DNA from: Nemertoderma westbladi
Lineage: Eukaryota > Animalia > Xenacoelomorpha
Length of the DNA: 46,204 nucleotides
Assembly: GCA_032718475.1 (NCBI GenBank)
Contig: JAUCBJ010004836.1
Coordinates: forward strand, 1-46,204
Reading direction: 5' to 3'
The position numbers and the translations under genes were made by a program. Positions 1 to 12,959 of the stretch are shown here, in pieces. The stretch's first letter is position 1. Each line of letters starts with the position of its first letter. A model generated the notes under the pieces. It made no database searches and was not told the DNA's origin. It was given only the letters and a program-made list of their open reading frames with translations.

Positions 1-174
1 TCTAGCGCGGCGTATGACCCACCGGAGGAGGTGGGAGACTGGATTCGATGGCAGAAAGTCGTAGGGACAAGCCGTAGGATACCTTGTATTATTTGGTCGA
101 GCTTTACTATATAATCTCCAAAGACTCTGTTTATTTTCCGTTAAATACTGACAGTTCCTTTCACGTGTTGCGCT
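1..174 (-). CDS. Possible internal coding exon running off the window edge (SATRERNCQY...RWVIRRAR)
   Basis: Candidate acceptor tatttag at 175-181, then 58 open codons to position 1. No recognisable family. Confidence 0.2.
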
Positions 175-2092
175 CTAAATACTACGCAGAAATATGACTT
201 ATACTAACTACAACGGGTGGGCATAAGATAACGCAAATGTTTACAGCCTTTAGGGATGTATTTATTGAACGTTCACACTCTTCACGGACGGGCAATAGTA
301 CTGAAACACACCAACTTGCCACGTACGTTGGGGACTATGAAACAGCATGAACTCATACAAACCACTGTTATTCGAACTATGCAATTGTGAATAGTAAACC
401 CTTCCGCTTACCTCAATGATCATGAAAACCAAGAGATCTACCGGTTATTCGTAAGTATTACACGCAACTATTAACATGAATCCATTTGGATACAATACAA
501 TAACAACAGATTATAACAGCATAAATCAGTATAAAAATGCGGTGTTGCGCAATATCAGACAGTCAGTATGTGTTTCAGTGAGTAACCGAAGAACGGTTAA
601 AATGAATGAAAAGAGAATGTAAACGTTAATAGATTTGCGTTCTGTATCTTTCTAGCCACTGTTTTTTTTTGGGCAAAAAGGGTCAGGAAGTGAATAAGGA
701 AATCACAACTCTGCTGCCTGCAAGAATATTCTTGCCTCAAGTAGTCCACAAAGCATGAATCATATCGAACGCCGTAGAACGTATGGAACATGCAAGAACT
801 CCCAATCAGGGACCAGTTTCCATGCCATCAACCCATAACCAATGGATCAGGTAATTCAGTGTATGGGGTGACGTAGGAGGGAAAGTATACTGATTGGACG
901 GTGACTAACAAAAAGGAATGTAAACAAAGAGAATAATATCCAATGGCTGGTGATTTCGTAATCTGAGTATTTGGGTTTCTGTGGGAATGTAGGGGAAAGT
1001 GTTATACTGAGAATAAACGCTGGAGGGAGTAAGTTTACATCAGTTCATAAAATACAAAGTTCTTAAGAGTTTTTCAAGGGTTTAGAGTAACCAGCGCATT
1101 GTGTAAAACGGGGACATTTTGGCCGCAAAAGCTTTAACAGTTGCGCCTTTTTCTTATATTTGACTGACAGATAGTCGGATAGTCAGAAAGACAGACAGAC
1201 TGACATACAGAAATCAGCGACCTCAGCTGACCTCAGAAATGAAATCAGCGACCAAGAAAACCCCCATAACAAAAGTCTTAGCATGGTGTTTTGCTTTCTT
1301 GTTGATAGATATTGACAGACATTCTCACGAAATTTAAATTGCTACTCCTCTGCCAATTTTTAATATTTTTTCGTGAAATTTGGGCAGAGTAACCACATGC
1401 CTGGTACTGTATCTTCAAAAGTATTGGTCAGAAATTTAAAATTTTGATCCTAACTAATTTTATTGGCTTCGAAATGTGAAAAATACTATTTTTTTTTTAA
1501 ATAGGAAAATAATTAATTAATTTGATAATAAAATACCATCTACCATCTTTTTGTCAGATGGCCAAATATTTGTTCTAGAACAAAAACGTCATAATAAAAG
1601 ACATTTTCACAAGTAAAAGTTGGTCAATTTTTTTTTAATTTTTCAATTATAATTTTTTTACTAGCTAATATAAAGTACTACGTTAGCACAAAGTAAAAAT
1701 TACTGGCTACCATCTTACTGTCAGAGGGTCAAATATTTGTTCTAGAACAAAAATATAATTAATCCATTTTTTTTTAATTTGCGCATACACACCCCTCTAG
1801 ATACTATACTAATGCCATACTGTTGATATAACGCACTCATAAAGATTTTAATACAAACCTTATTTTTTCTAAAAAGATGTTCCAGAATAAATATATTTGT
1901 TCTAGAACATTTTTTATAAAGAAATACCGGTAGCTAATATACAGTAGAACATTTCAACAAAATAAATTATCAAAAACTAATTAATGTAGTATAAAACATT
2001 TGGTGGTGGGTGTACGCATAGGCTACTGAACCAATACCTTGTCAGAGTACAATAATTACTGTATATAGTTATCTCTTGCATAAAATACCCAC

Positions 2093-2660
2093 CTGTATAA
2101 AGTTTTTCGTTAATTTGGTTATTCCCTGCCGACGACAATGTCTCCTTACACGAACACGGATCCACCCCACATATACAGTCCGCTCTTATCTTCTCCCGCA
2201 CTTGGTTATTGAACCTGACAGTCTTATTCTTGGCAGTGTGTCCACTGTATCCGTTTGTAGGCCTATTACTTGGGGTAACTTTTTTCAGATTGGAACCACG
2301 GTATGTCTGGATGTCAACCTTAGCTGCATTGGCTATTTTTTGAGAGCTATTCTGCTGTTCCATTATTGTTTCTTTGTCTTCGGGTAATTTGACACCATCT
2401 ACAGAACAATTTGGACCAGTTCGTTCCCCCGGATGGAAGCGTTCGTTCCACGTCCAGAACTGCGGAGGAATATTGCCAAAGTTCTTCCGATGTTGAGACT
2501 CCGTCTCGTAGGTGGATAGACCATAGCGTTCCGGTAGATTGGATCTTGGTGGGTTATCTTTATCGTAATAATCCCGCTTGTGGTACGTATCTGGGTCGTA
2601 GGACCGATACCCAAAGGGTTTCCCGTTCTTAACACCCTTTAATCTATAATACCACTCCAT
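2093..2660 (-). CDS. Putative first coding exon of an unknown gene (MEWYYRLKGV...EKLYT)
   Basis: ATG at 2660 and a 227-codon ORF, GC-richer than its flanks. Plausible donor ACAG|gtgggt at 2093/2092, after which the sequence turns AT-rich. Confidence 0.45.
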
Positions 2661-3258
2661 AATTAAAACCGTTAGTTGTTTTTGGGTGTTTTGTTAATCA
2701 GCCATAATTCCTTCCACCCGTTTCCTTTCTTCAGATAGTCTTAATATTTATTCCAGAATAATTAATTTAATAGGCAGCATAGGATACTTATTCTACAGTA
2801 GGCCCTCTATGTCAACGTATTATTTCGTTATCTAAAGTTATCTAATCCAGTCCCTGGCCTTAAGTCCCGTAGGAATTTCGAGGTGGACGCCGTTTCTCAC
2901 TTGAACTGGGTTTGGGGTCCAAAAATGAAGACAAAAAAATTGGGTAGACTTTTAGGGTCCTGGGCCTAAGTTTTTTATGACGTCATTTTATGACGTCATA
3001 AATATACAAATATTCATCTGTGTCCTCATCACTTTTCCAAATCAAGAGTACAAATGATAATTATTATTTAGCTGTTGTTACCAGAGTTAACCAAATATAA
3101 CGGTTTTACGATGCTCCAATTCATCATAAACCAATCGAAGCGAGTTATAAAGAAACGAGGGCACAGTAAAATAGTTATATTGATATGATCACTGAGTGAA
3201 TTTATTATGAAATGTTATATAATGTTAATTAAATGCTATGAATTATAAAATGTTCTTA

Positions 3259-3570
3259 TTATGGAATATTTTCGCACTCCATTTCAAAATTGCATTTGCA
3301 AAATGATGTGCAAGAAACGATATCTTTCCGGCATCTGCATCGCATAGTATTGCACTTCTTGCAGAAGCAAGTAATCGTCACCCATTTAGGTAGTTCATTA
3401 TTCCAAGGATCGGGCATGATTGATGAGTCATTCTCATTAATAGACCATCCATTAATCTGTTGGTTCTAGGTTGGGCGAGTTACTATTTAATACTGATGTA
3501 CACAAATAAACATTGTAGAAGGCGCGCAACAAATGACCCTGCAATGAATGACTTGAACAAGGAAGGTTTA
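3259..3570 (-). pseudogene. C-terminal remnant of Academ-type transposase (LPCSSHSLQGHLLRA...GW...CFCKKC...CRCRK...CTSFCKC...CENIP*), Cys8/CXC finger
   Basis: Manual translation with one frameshift near 3452. Shows the LP..(S/A)L..H..RA, GW and 8-Cys pattern typical of this family. Confidence 0.7.
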
Positions 3571-3576
3571 ATAAGT

Positions 3577-4122
3577 TTGGAGCTTGATAACTGCACCTAC
3601 TGGCTCCAGAAGTCGAGGAAATCCTGCCAAGTACCTAACTGATCTAGACTTTGCTGATGACTTAGGAGTACTCTCAGAATCATTAGAGGGAGCCCAACGG
3701 CTCCTAAGCTCATTAGAACATGCTGCTTCTAGTGTTGGTATTTTTATTAACTCCAGAAAGACCAAAATTATGACAGTTAACTTTGAAAGTCCTCAGCAAG
3801 TCTCTGATCGGATGAGCATAAGCTCAAAGGATGGTATGCTTGAGCTTAATGCTTAATCGCCTCCGCTTTGCAGGAAATTGCTTTCGCCGTGAGGACCAGC
3901 CAGTGCATAATCTTGTACTTTGGCAGCCTCATGGAGTGAATAAGCATGGTGGACAGCCCATGACTTTCTTGAGACGCATCTTAAAGGACACAGGCCTTAA
4001 AGATGCGGATGATCTAGCAAATGTCATGGGTGATAGGGAGTTGTGGCGGTGCAATTTTGTTGACAAGCCGGCACAGCATTCCTAAAAATGGAGCTGCAAT
4101 GCAGCATGCCGATCCTAGTAGT
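3577..4122 (+). mobile_element. Short RTE LINE fragment with internal deletion, inserted in the Academ element
   Basis: Near-identical to about 9543-9805 joined to about 10157-10420; DLDFADDL RT motif; same cctagtagt 3' end. Confidence 0.9.
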
Positions 4123-4598
4123 TGATTACCGCATATAATGCAAGTTAATTGGGTGGGGTCGTCTTTAGGAAATGACCCTTGGTGACGTGAGGCGATTTCG
4201 GACCTGAGCCTTTTAGTTGGACTTGGAACAGACTCATTTTCTTTTCCGTTGGTTTCCTCTATCACTTCCGGTTCTCTTTGTTTTTTTAGAAGTGTTTTCT
4301 TTAATGTGTATAATTTGTAACACTCATTGTTGCAATGATATACAAACTCAGAGTCTAATCCCAGATAATTTATCCTTTTCAAAACGATATCTTTTCGGAT
4401 TTGTGCGGCTGCTATTATTTTCTTTCTACCTTCGGTTGTTCCGGTAACTGTGATATTATCCCCTGAACCCCCTAACCTAACTTGTTGACAGATAACACAC
4501 CGTGAAGCATCACAAACAATTGATGTCCCAAAACCATCTCGAATTAATGTTGTAGTTCTGCAAAGTTGTAGTCCAACAAGTTCCTTGTTGTCTCCCAT
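4123..4598 (-). pseudogene. N-terminal remnant of Academ-type transposase (CVICQ...YHCNNECY...CIICG)
   Basis: Part of ORF 4014-4628; CxxC / YH..CY zinc-finger motifs; truncated by the RTE fragment. Confidence 0.65.
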
Positions 4599-6004
4599 TT
4601 GAAAAAAAAACTGTTCGATGTTCAACAAGATAAATAATTATATTATTTATTATATGTACTGTACTTTTAACACCTTCTTTCTACATTATAAATAAAATAT
4701 GAAGGGCCTTCTTACGTATAAAATATATATACCCGTATCAAACAATATGAAACTGTAGCTAACACAGTTTTGTTAGCTACTGGTACTTTTGCATTATATG
4801 CCACATATGATTTTTTAATGATTTTTTAATAACATATATTTGCTTTAATATAATGTGTTTGTAAATTGTTCTAGAACAATTCTGTGATATTTCTTATTGA
4901 AAAATATAGCGAAAGATGTGCAGTAACAGAAATAATTAGCCTACATGGTTATGTTTATGGGGCCCTGAAGTTCGGAAAATACCATTTAACGAACATTATC
5001 GGTGAGACCAAGAACTTTTGCTTTCTGGTTTTATGTTAAATTAATTATTTATGTTTAAAATAAATACTTAAAATGATTTAACAAATTTTATTAATAGCTA
5101 TAAATTAGTAGCTAGTATTCTAGAACACAATGTATTTACTTGCAAAGCATAGAAAATATGTATAGGTAACATTATTACATGAAATAATTGGATCTTTTCA
5201 CAATGTATTAAAAAACAGGTACTGTATATTATGTTACGTTGGAAACTGTCATAGTAAATACTCAAATCGCCACAATTTTTGAAATTGTGAACAGCTCACG
5301 GACGCACAAAACAAATGGCTATAAAAAACTTAAGCCCAGGAACCAGAAAGTCTACCCAAGTTTTTTTCACCCATATATGTATGTCCAACTAGGATTCGGT
5401 GAGAAACCCCGTCCACCCCAAAATTCCTACGGGGTCTAAAGCCAGGGACTGGAGTAATCAGCGTTCTGATGACATCCTTGTAACGCTACAACGTAATCAC
5501 TGACTTATGTAGTAACAATAAACTTCTAGAACACGTCTTGAGCCATTACCATCACGTGCTCTTCGAACTATGCGCATTCTGTGTACATTAGGCTGTTTAA
5601 AATATAAATACAATAATTTATTACTTCGCCACAATACAGTACAACATGTACTGGAATATATATTGTTATTCACGTACCTAGACACCCCCCCCCCCCCCCC
5701 CCCCCCCCCCCGCAAAGACGTAATCCCGCAAAGACCACAGAGTCGCTTATTCGAATCCCGTCTTTATTCCGGAGACTTGAAGTTGCCTTATAAACTGATC
5801 AGTAGGTCCAATAAATCATTAAAAAATACCTTCTCAATTTAAATTTTGTGCTCTTTCTCTGAGACATCCAATTGGCACCACTGAGTACAGGAAATTTGCA
5901 GAAATTGAATGCAAACTCCAAACTTCATCACCTTCACCAATATCGCGATATATCGGAGCCAGTACACTCTACCCCAGATATCTCGAAAAAATAAGTAGTT
6001 CCAC

Positions 6005-6258
6005 CTTGGTGTAGTGGTCGCATTGAATTCACATCTCCCGTAGGTCGTGGGTTCGATTCTCACACGGGCCAGGGCAGTTTTCGTTTCGGCACGAATGCTT
6101 TAAAGGGACCAGTCAGGGCGCATCTCAGCCTTGCGTCCTTAAGTGGTAGCTATATGAGTACTGGAGTTTCCTCTGGGCCCGTAAATAAGTATACTGGAAA
6201 TAAGTCGTCCGACTTTGTGCGTAATCCCTGGCCTGCGGCCGAAGAAAATATACTTTAC
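6005..6258 (+). mobile_element. tRNA-derived SINE
   Basis: A box TGGTGTAGTGG, B box GGTTCGATTC, non-tRNA body including CTCAGCCTTGCGTCCTTAAGTGG...ATGAGTAC, simple tail. Confidence 0.7.
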
Positions 6259-7919
6259 TGTACTTTTTTAAGCAAGATATGGGAAAACGGTTTCCATATT
6301 TGGATTCAGCATGAAATTCTGCATCAGATAGGATATGTTTCAAAAATTCGACTTTTTAGTCAGATAATGCACTACCCCCCCCCCCCCCCCCCCCCCCTTA
6401 AATAGAATAAATGACCTCCTATCTATGGATTAATATTTAGCTGAGCGTTTAAAACTCTACATGTTTCTTCATTATGCGTAATTAATATTCTAGAATTGAG
6501 TAAAAAAACGTTAGAATTATACCGATTTACGTGTCAAAATGTATACTTTAGAATTTTTATAATATCACCGGAAGTTAAGGTGAAATTTAAAACGGTTTTC
6601 TGATTCCGAATCTGCAGATGAAGGGGTTCTAATGATATCTAGATTTCATTCCAAAGACGAAAAATAAAGCCGACGGAGGTGCCTAAATATTGCGAAATAG
6701 GCGATTTTTGACGGCTTGTTGTATCGTAATAGCTCATAAATTGATAGCCAACAAACTATCAACATACCAAATTTCGAAGCATATGATTGAAATTTGAAAA
6801 AAAATAGGGAGGGGGGGGGGGGGGGGGGGGACTCCGACCCACTAAAAATGGATGTTGTATTAAGGGAGATGGTGTATATTTATCAACATGACGCGTTTAC
6901 ATGTTGGACTTACGTCGTAAACGTATGGCTCATCACATACCGAAAAATATTGTCGTACTGCTATAAAATTAGTAAATTATGAAGAAGCTGCGATAAAATT
7001 AGGAAATCCCCCCCCCCCCCCCCCCCCCCCCAAACAAATAAAATATTTGGACTATATCATAACTATAATCGACGACGATTGTGCCAAGCGAGCTTAGCAC
7101 AATATATTACAATACAATAATAGTATGGCTGAGCTGAGCCCAAGATAGTTAAACTTCCGTTGAAACGAAACATTGATATGAAACATTTCGATTCACGATA
7201 AATTATAAAAATTCAATTTCCGTACGAATTTAAGCAACAAAATAAATCCAACCTACACCAACAACTGTAATTAGCTGAAATGTTTTATGAATGTATGTAC
7301 ACCCCTGTAATACAGTATTTTCCTATGTAATAGGCCTACGTAATATAATTATATGAATCGTTGTTGATTCGTTGTTAATTTTAATATACAGTTAAAAGCA
7401 AATTTGCGATATACTGCGAATGTACACCATGACTAGAATATGGAGTACCAGGATATAAACCGGTTCTGCCCCCTCCCTCAAAAAAAATTTTATTACAATT
7501 CGTAATGAAATTGCATAATCTTTGACATTTTTTCTTTCAACCTTTAGCTACTGTACAAGCGTTTGTAAAAGGCTTTTCCGTCGATATCGCACCAGTAACA
7601 CGGCAGTTACTCTTCAACGTTATGTACAGTGGTTGGTTTGTTGTGAGATGTGTGCGTCGAAAATCACATCGTTTTGCATTAGCGCGAGGCTATTTTATTC
7701 TATTTAAAATATACGCCGTTATTCTGGAACATTTGATTTATGTATGAATAGTTGTTATGTAATAGTATTATTGCACTGGTATTTTTGCGCCGATATTCAC
7801 ATAGCTTTACATAATATATTGCATTGCAGTATTGGAGTAGGCCTATTGCTGTATTGTTGCTTGAGTTCATTACGCCTCTCAATTCAGTCAATCAATTTCT
7901 TTTTTTCGCGCAACAACCC

Positions 7920-8026
7920 TATTGGAATTGAGCTGTTAATGCAACTCGAATAAAATAATATTATAATATGATTGAACTTCAACGAGGGTTGAACCAGCAC
8001 TATACGTGCGTTTCGGCATATCAGGC
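7920..8026 (-). mobile_element. Partial copy of the hammerhead/tRNA-like repeat (3' half of ribozyme plus B box)
   Basis: Minus strand GCCTGATATGCC-GAAA-CGCACG-TA-TAGTGCT-GGTTCAACCC; shares the flank ttggaattgagctgttaa with 38500. Confidence 0.65.
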
Positions 8027-8405
8027 TGTAAAAGCTTTTGCAGCAAAAATGTATCGTTTTGGGCAATACGCGAACTACTCTAAACGCAGCAATATCTCAA
8101 GGTAGTTGAGAACATATAAACTTACGCCTTGTTGCGTTTACTTTTGGTATATGATTCTGTTGACGAAATCACTCAAAAACTGAACCCTGGTTTCTTTGTT
8201 ACCGTACCCACTGTGCTGTGCTATCCAAACGGCCAATCAACGCAATTTTCATTTCATCCGGCCGTAGAGTTCCATTACACAGGAAACTGAATCCCCTAGT
8301 TACGGACAGCTGTCATGGATTACTGGCTCTCGATTGGAGTTTTGAACAAGATTCAAAGAATTCCCCTTTTTACTGGTGTTTATAAACACAGAGTACGCCT
8401 AGGTT

Positions 8406-10420
8406 AGCCTGTATACCCTCGAAACAGGAAACGGGCCCCCTGGACTGACAACAAAATTCAGAAGTGCCGAAATGACCTCTACAAGGCGCAGAAAGAGTCC
8501 CGACTCAAACAGACTACAGCGGCCAAGAATGCAGTTAAGGCTGCATCTAGGTCCCTGAACAGGCAGTACTCTGTTAATTTAAAGGAGCTAATAAACCAAC
8601 AGGTTGATGCCATCAATGATGCTGACGACAGCAGGCAATCATCCCAGGCATGGAGATCGATCAACTTGCTTACTGGGCGGAAAAGCCAACCAACCACCAA
8701 GGTTAAGGCTGAATCACCAGCTGATCGCCTCAATGGTTGGAAGGCCCACTTTGAAAAGCTCCTCAATAATGACAGGGTATTGCCTGATAACTTTATAGAA
8801 GTAAAAGTGTCTGAGTCTGTACTCCCAGATATTCCCATTGGTGATATCTCCTTTGCAGAAGTGAAGGCTGCTGCAAAGAACTTTAAACCAATCGTGCCAG
8901 TGGAGTAGATGGTGTTCCCCCTGAGGTCTTTAAAATACCTGAGTGTTTCAAGCTCATCTATCCCATCATAGTAGACATGTACCGAACAACAAGAGTCCCA
9001 CAAGAAATGAAAACAAATAAGTTGGTGCCAGTTCCCAAGAAGGGCAACCTAACTCTCTATGGTTCTTTTCGGGGAATCTCATTGATCTCGATTGCTGCAA
9101 AGCTATACAATATAATTCTATTAATTCGCATCAGGGATCCCATTGAGAGACTGCTCCGTGGAAATCAGAATGGGTTCCGTAAAGGTCGCGGGACCATGGA
9201 GCCCATTTTGGCACTTAGAAGGATAATTGAAGAGTTATCAAAAAAGAAAGACAGGCATCTGGCTGTTATCTTTGTTGACTTCTTCAAGGCCTTTGGTTCA
9301 GTCTCTCGCTCACGTATGTTCAGCACACTTTCATTATATGGGATTCCTGATGAAATTTTGCAGCAATCAGATCAGTATACGATGGTTCGACAACATTTGT
9401 GTCTACTGTTGACGGTGACACAGAACCATTTGAAGTGTTATGGGGCGTCCTCCAGGGAGACACACTTGCACCATTCTTGTTCATAATTGTTGTTGACTAT
9501 GTTCTACGCATGTCCTTAGATCATCATAATGATGATGGGGTGATGATAACTCCATCTACTGGCTCCAGAAGTCGAGGAAATCCTGCCAAGTACCTAACTG
9601 ATCTAGACTTTGCTGATGACTTAGGAGTACTCTCAGAATCACTAGAGGGAGCCCAACGGCTCCTCAGCTCATTAGAACATGCTGCTTCTAGTGTTGGTCT
9701 TTTTATTAACTCCAGAAAGATCAAAATTTTGACAGTTAACTTTGAAAGTCCTCAGCAAATCTCTGATCGGATGAACATAAGCTCAAAAGATGGTATGCTT
9801 GAGCATGTGGATGACTTCTGTTACCTGGGATCATGGATCCGGAAGTTGTGAGGACCTTCGAATAAGTAAGGGAAAGGCATGGGCAGCCTTGAATAGGCTT
9901 TCTAGGATTTGGAAGTCACCGAGAATTAATCGGAAACTTAAGGTCCGATTATTTAGAGCAGCAGTATTTCCAGTACTCCTCGATGGGAATCCATGCTGGG
10001 CTCTAACTGCTGAGGACACCAAATCTCTGAATGGCACATTCACAAGAATGCTACGCCGGGTTCATTGTGTCAAGTACAATGCACACATCTCCAACCAGAC
10101 ACTATATAACATTGGAGGTGTCTCATTGGTTCCCCCAAGCTTGACACTAGAACAAAATCGCCTCCGCTTTGCAGGACATTGCTTTCGCCATGAGGACCAG
10201 CCAGTGCATAATCTTGTACTTTGGCAGCCTCATGGAGTGAATAAGCATGGTGGACAGCCCATGACTTTCTTGAGACGCATCTTAAAGGACACTGGCCTTG
10301 AAGATGCGGATGATCTAGCAAATGTCATGGGTGATAGGGAGTTGTGGCGGTGCAATTTTGTCGATAAGCCGGCACAGCATTCTTAAAAATGCAGATGCAA
10401 TGCAGCATGCCGATCCTAGT
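8406..10420 (+). mobile_element. 5'-truncated RTE-clade LINE, RT pseudogene with frameshifts
   Basis: PVPKKG, QNGFRKGR, FVDFFKAF, GVLQGDTLAP, DFADD and YLGS motifs across ORFs 8666-10386; 14-bp TSD AGTACGCCTAGGTT (8392-8405, 10421-10434); short TAG tail. Confidence 0.92.
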
Positions 10421-11051
10421 AGTACGCCTAGGTTTAGGCAGTCAGCTAGTATTCAGCCCAGAAACCAACAGTGGCGTGAATTATCGAGCACAAGTAAATT
10501 ACCTGCACTCACTGCATTGACTCGCCTTTTTACTGAACGGCAAACATCTGACTGCTGATTAACTGCCGCCACTGCTGTTATTTACTGTTTTGTACTGTTG
10601 TTCATTGCTATTTGGTATATTATTGCTCGATGTTTATATTTGGGGAACACGTATACGTAATCGATAATCTCAACTAACTTTCTTTATTATTAAGAGGTAA
10701 GCAGAAGGGAAGTTCGAGTAACTATTTCGGTTCGTGTGGTTTGTGTGATATTTATGCTATTTCATAATACCAACATGAATGAGCTAAATTTCTCCTTATA
10801 CATGAACAAAATTGGTAACAGTCAGCAAATCAGCGTGTTTCCGTATTATTATCAGAGAAGTGAGTGCGACTACATAATACTACATTCCTAAAGAATGTAA
10901 ATCACAGTGTCTCGATTAAATAATCCGTTGTAATTATTGTAAGTCATGACTCTGTCTAGTATTTAGAGTTAACTAATTACCAATTGAGAAAATAAGTCAA
11001 TTAAGGTAAATGTTCGGGGTCTTACCTGGCAGAAACAATAAATACTGATGT

Positions 11052-11090
11052 TAGTGAACGTTTTCGCCCTTACCGGGCTACTTCAGACTA
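11052..11090 (-). ncRNA. Degenerate minimal type I hammerhead ribozyme, Penelope-like terminus remnant
   Basis: Minus strand TAGT-CTGAAGTA-GCCC-ggtaa-GGGC-GAAA-ACGT-TC-ACTA: stems I and II pair, stem III is palindromic, core has one deviation. Confidence 0.5.
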
Positions 11091-11856
11091 TATTATGATA
11101 AAAGTTAAATTATTGTAATAATAATTGCATCCCGCCACCAATTCAAAAATCCCTCTCTATTATATTACGAGGGTTCTATGCCATTAGGTCCTAATAACAT
11201 GTTATTAAGGAGAGATACGCACAAAACACAGGTTAGTAAAATACACAATCTGTAGTTTATTTAAAGCTACCATTAGATATGAGTAAAATGTATTTTATTA
11301 AATCGGGGTTGCTATGACAAAAAGCGATAACGAAATCGTACTCCGGTTCATGTATACGTGTTTATAAGGTATTAAAAGATGTGTAAAAGAATGAGTAAAA
11401 TGTATTAATAATATTGGGGTTAATGTGTTATGACAAAAGGCAATAACGAAGTCGTACTCCTGTGTGGGGTTAGGACAGGTATGATGTACAGTACACGAAG
11501 TATTAACTTACTTATTACTAACTTACGTATTAATTTACTTAATTACGATGCAACCCCTGGCATTGGCCTACCGTTTTATATCACAACTTAGTATTTAGAG
11601 CGCAGCATCTGAAAGGAACTGTTAATAATACTACCTTGAAAGTGAACATAGTTTTTGGAGATTATATAGTAGAGATCAATCGAATAATACAAATTAACCA
11701 ACTTATCACGCCGACAGAATTCAGTCTCCCACACACGGTGAGTTATAAGCCGCACAAGACTGTCTTCTACTGTTGTTTGATTTTGTATGGGCTAACAAAC
11801 AATATAAGACACGTAAATTAACAGGTTAAACTGTTAAAGGTCTAAAAGCGCGAACA

Positions 11857-11910
11857 CAGGCCTCGTCAGTAGCGCTAACCAGTTCAAGTACTCTCTCCCG
11901 GCCACTTGCC
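11857..11910 (-). mobile_element. Partial copy of the hammerhead/tRNA-like repeat (A box plus 5' half of ribozyme)
   Basis: Minus strand GGCAAGTGGC...TGAACTGGTTAGCGCTA-CTGACGA-GGCCTG matches 38627-38667. Confidence 0.6.
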
Positions 11911-12450
11911 TTCCAATTTAATCCACTTCAAACGCTTGTAAATATTATGGTTCAGCCACTATGGAGGAGTGAGGTGAAACTATCTCTATTATAAATTGAA
12001 TGCAATCTCATTACGATTTGTAGAAACATTATTTTTGTTTTATATCGTTGAATGGTACTACTGTATTACATACACTGGAGGAGGGTTACTATATTATTAT
12101 TTCCATATTGTTCTATCTTTACCTATAACGTAATGTCAACAGGGTTTATTTGGTCCAGTTATATTACTATAATGCGAAATAATGCGAATGCGTAATTCCG
12201 TGAATTATTATAACAAATTATACACCATGACACCCGTATTATCGGACACCCCCCCCCCCCCCCCCCCCCCCTACATTGTTCTACAAATCTTTATCATAAT
12301 GCTTGAAATTTGAAACTAGTTCAACTCACTTTTTGCCTTTAATTTTTTTTATAAGCGTTTTCAAAAAGTGTCTTGCAAAATTTCACCTTCCGTATATTGG
12401 ACATGCTCACCAACTCATAATAAAATAAATAATAAAGAATTAGAATTTTG

Positions 12451-12460
12451 TTTATTTATT
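12451..12460 (-). promoter_or_regulatory. Candidate polyadenylation signals of the SLC6 gene
   Basis: Overlapping AATAAA on the minus strand about 230 nt after the stop codon. Confidence 0.4.
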
Positions 12461-12683
12461 AAGTACAATAAATAAGGCCAAATCGAAAGTTCCGGCTTCA
12501 TGTTAACAATGGCGGTGAGTGCACTGGTTGTATTTCAAATTTCATTTTAAGCAATTTGATAAATATTTATAGAAAAAAATTTCTGTGTCGTCAGAAAATG
12601 ACACTTTACTACTGGTCATGGTGTAGATGATTGACAATAAATATGAATATATATAAATTTAAATAATATGAATTATTTGGCAT

Positions 12684-12959
12684 TTATGCCTTCCTTAATT
12701 GTTTTCGTAAGAAGGCTACTGCTCGCTGGGTACCCGACATAATCCGATCGAGAATGGAAGGATCGTGTTCGCAGAACACGATACCATGCTGCTCGCGCAA
12801 CCGCTCTTCCGGGAAGAACGCCGGCTCTTCTTTAGGGAGGCGAAGAATATTAAAGAATCTTAATGCGGCTATTAGCGGAATCCATATGGTTACGGTGAGA
12901 GTCAACAGGGCGCAGCAAAACTGTGCCCATGGAGGCAGATCTTTGTCAACAGTCTCGCC
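12684..12959 (-). CDS. SLC6 transporter, last coding exon (TM12 and C-tail: GETVDKDLPPWAQFCCALLTLTVTIWIP...RKA*)
   Basis: Acceptor ttttcag; phase 0 matches the donor at 28819; 92 codons to TAA; PxW...IP motif of TM12. Confidence 0.85.
   Translation of the reverse strand, partial: GETVDKDLPPWAQFCCALLTLTVTIWIPLIAALRFFNILRLPKEEPAFFPEERLREQHGIVFCEHDPSILDRIMSGTQRAVAFLRKQLRKA

Larger units (their letters stand above)
2843..5456 (-). mobile_element. Internally deleted Academ-type DNA transposon
   Basis: About 135-bp imperfect terminal inverted repeats (TIRs) starting TAATCCAGTCCCTGGC / TACTCCAGTCCCTGGC; 3-bp TSD ATC (2840-2842, 5457-5459); transposase N- and C-terminal remnants inside. Confidence 0.75.

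Noticed and set aside
247-900. Possible plus-strand exons (ttacag at 241-246, gtaagt at 451)
   Set aside because: All frames contain stops and no family motif could be supported.
6005-6075. tRNA gene (also 29157 and 37560-37630)
   Set aside because: A and B boxes are present, but there is no proper cloverleaf and each continues into a SINE body.
5497-6982. Poly-Gly/poly-Pro ORFs
   Set aside because: Artefacts of C/G homopolymer runs.
8479-9003. 174-aa minus-strand ORF
   Set aside because: Antisense shadow of the RTE coding region.
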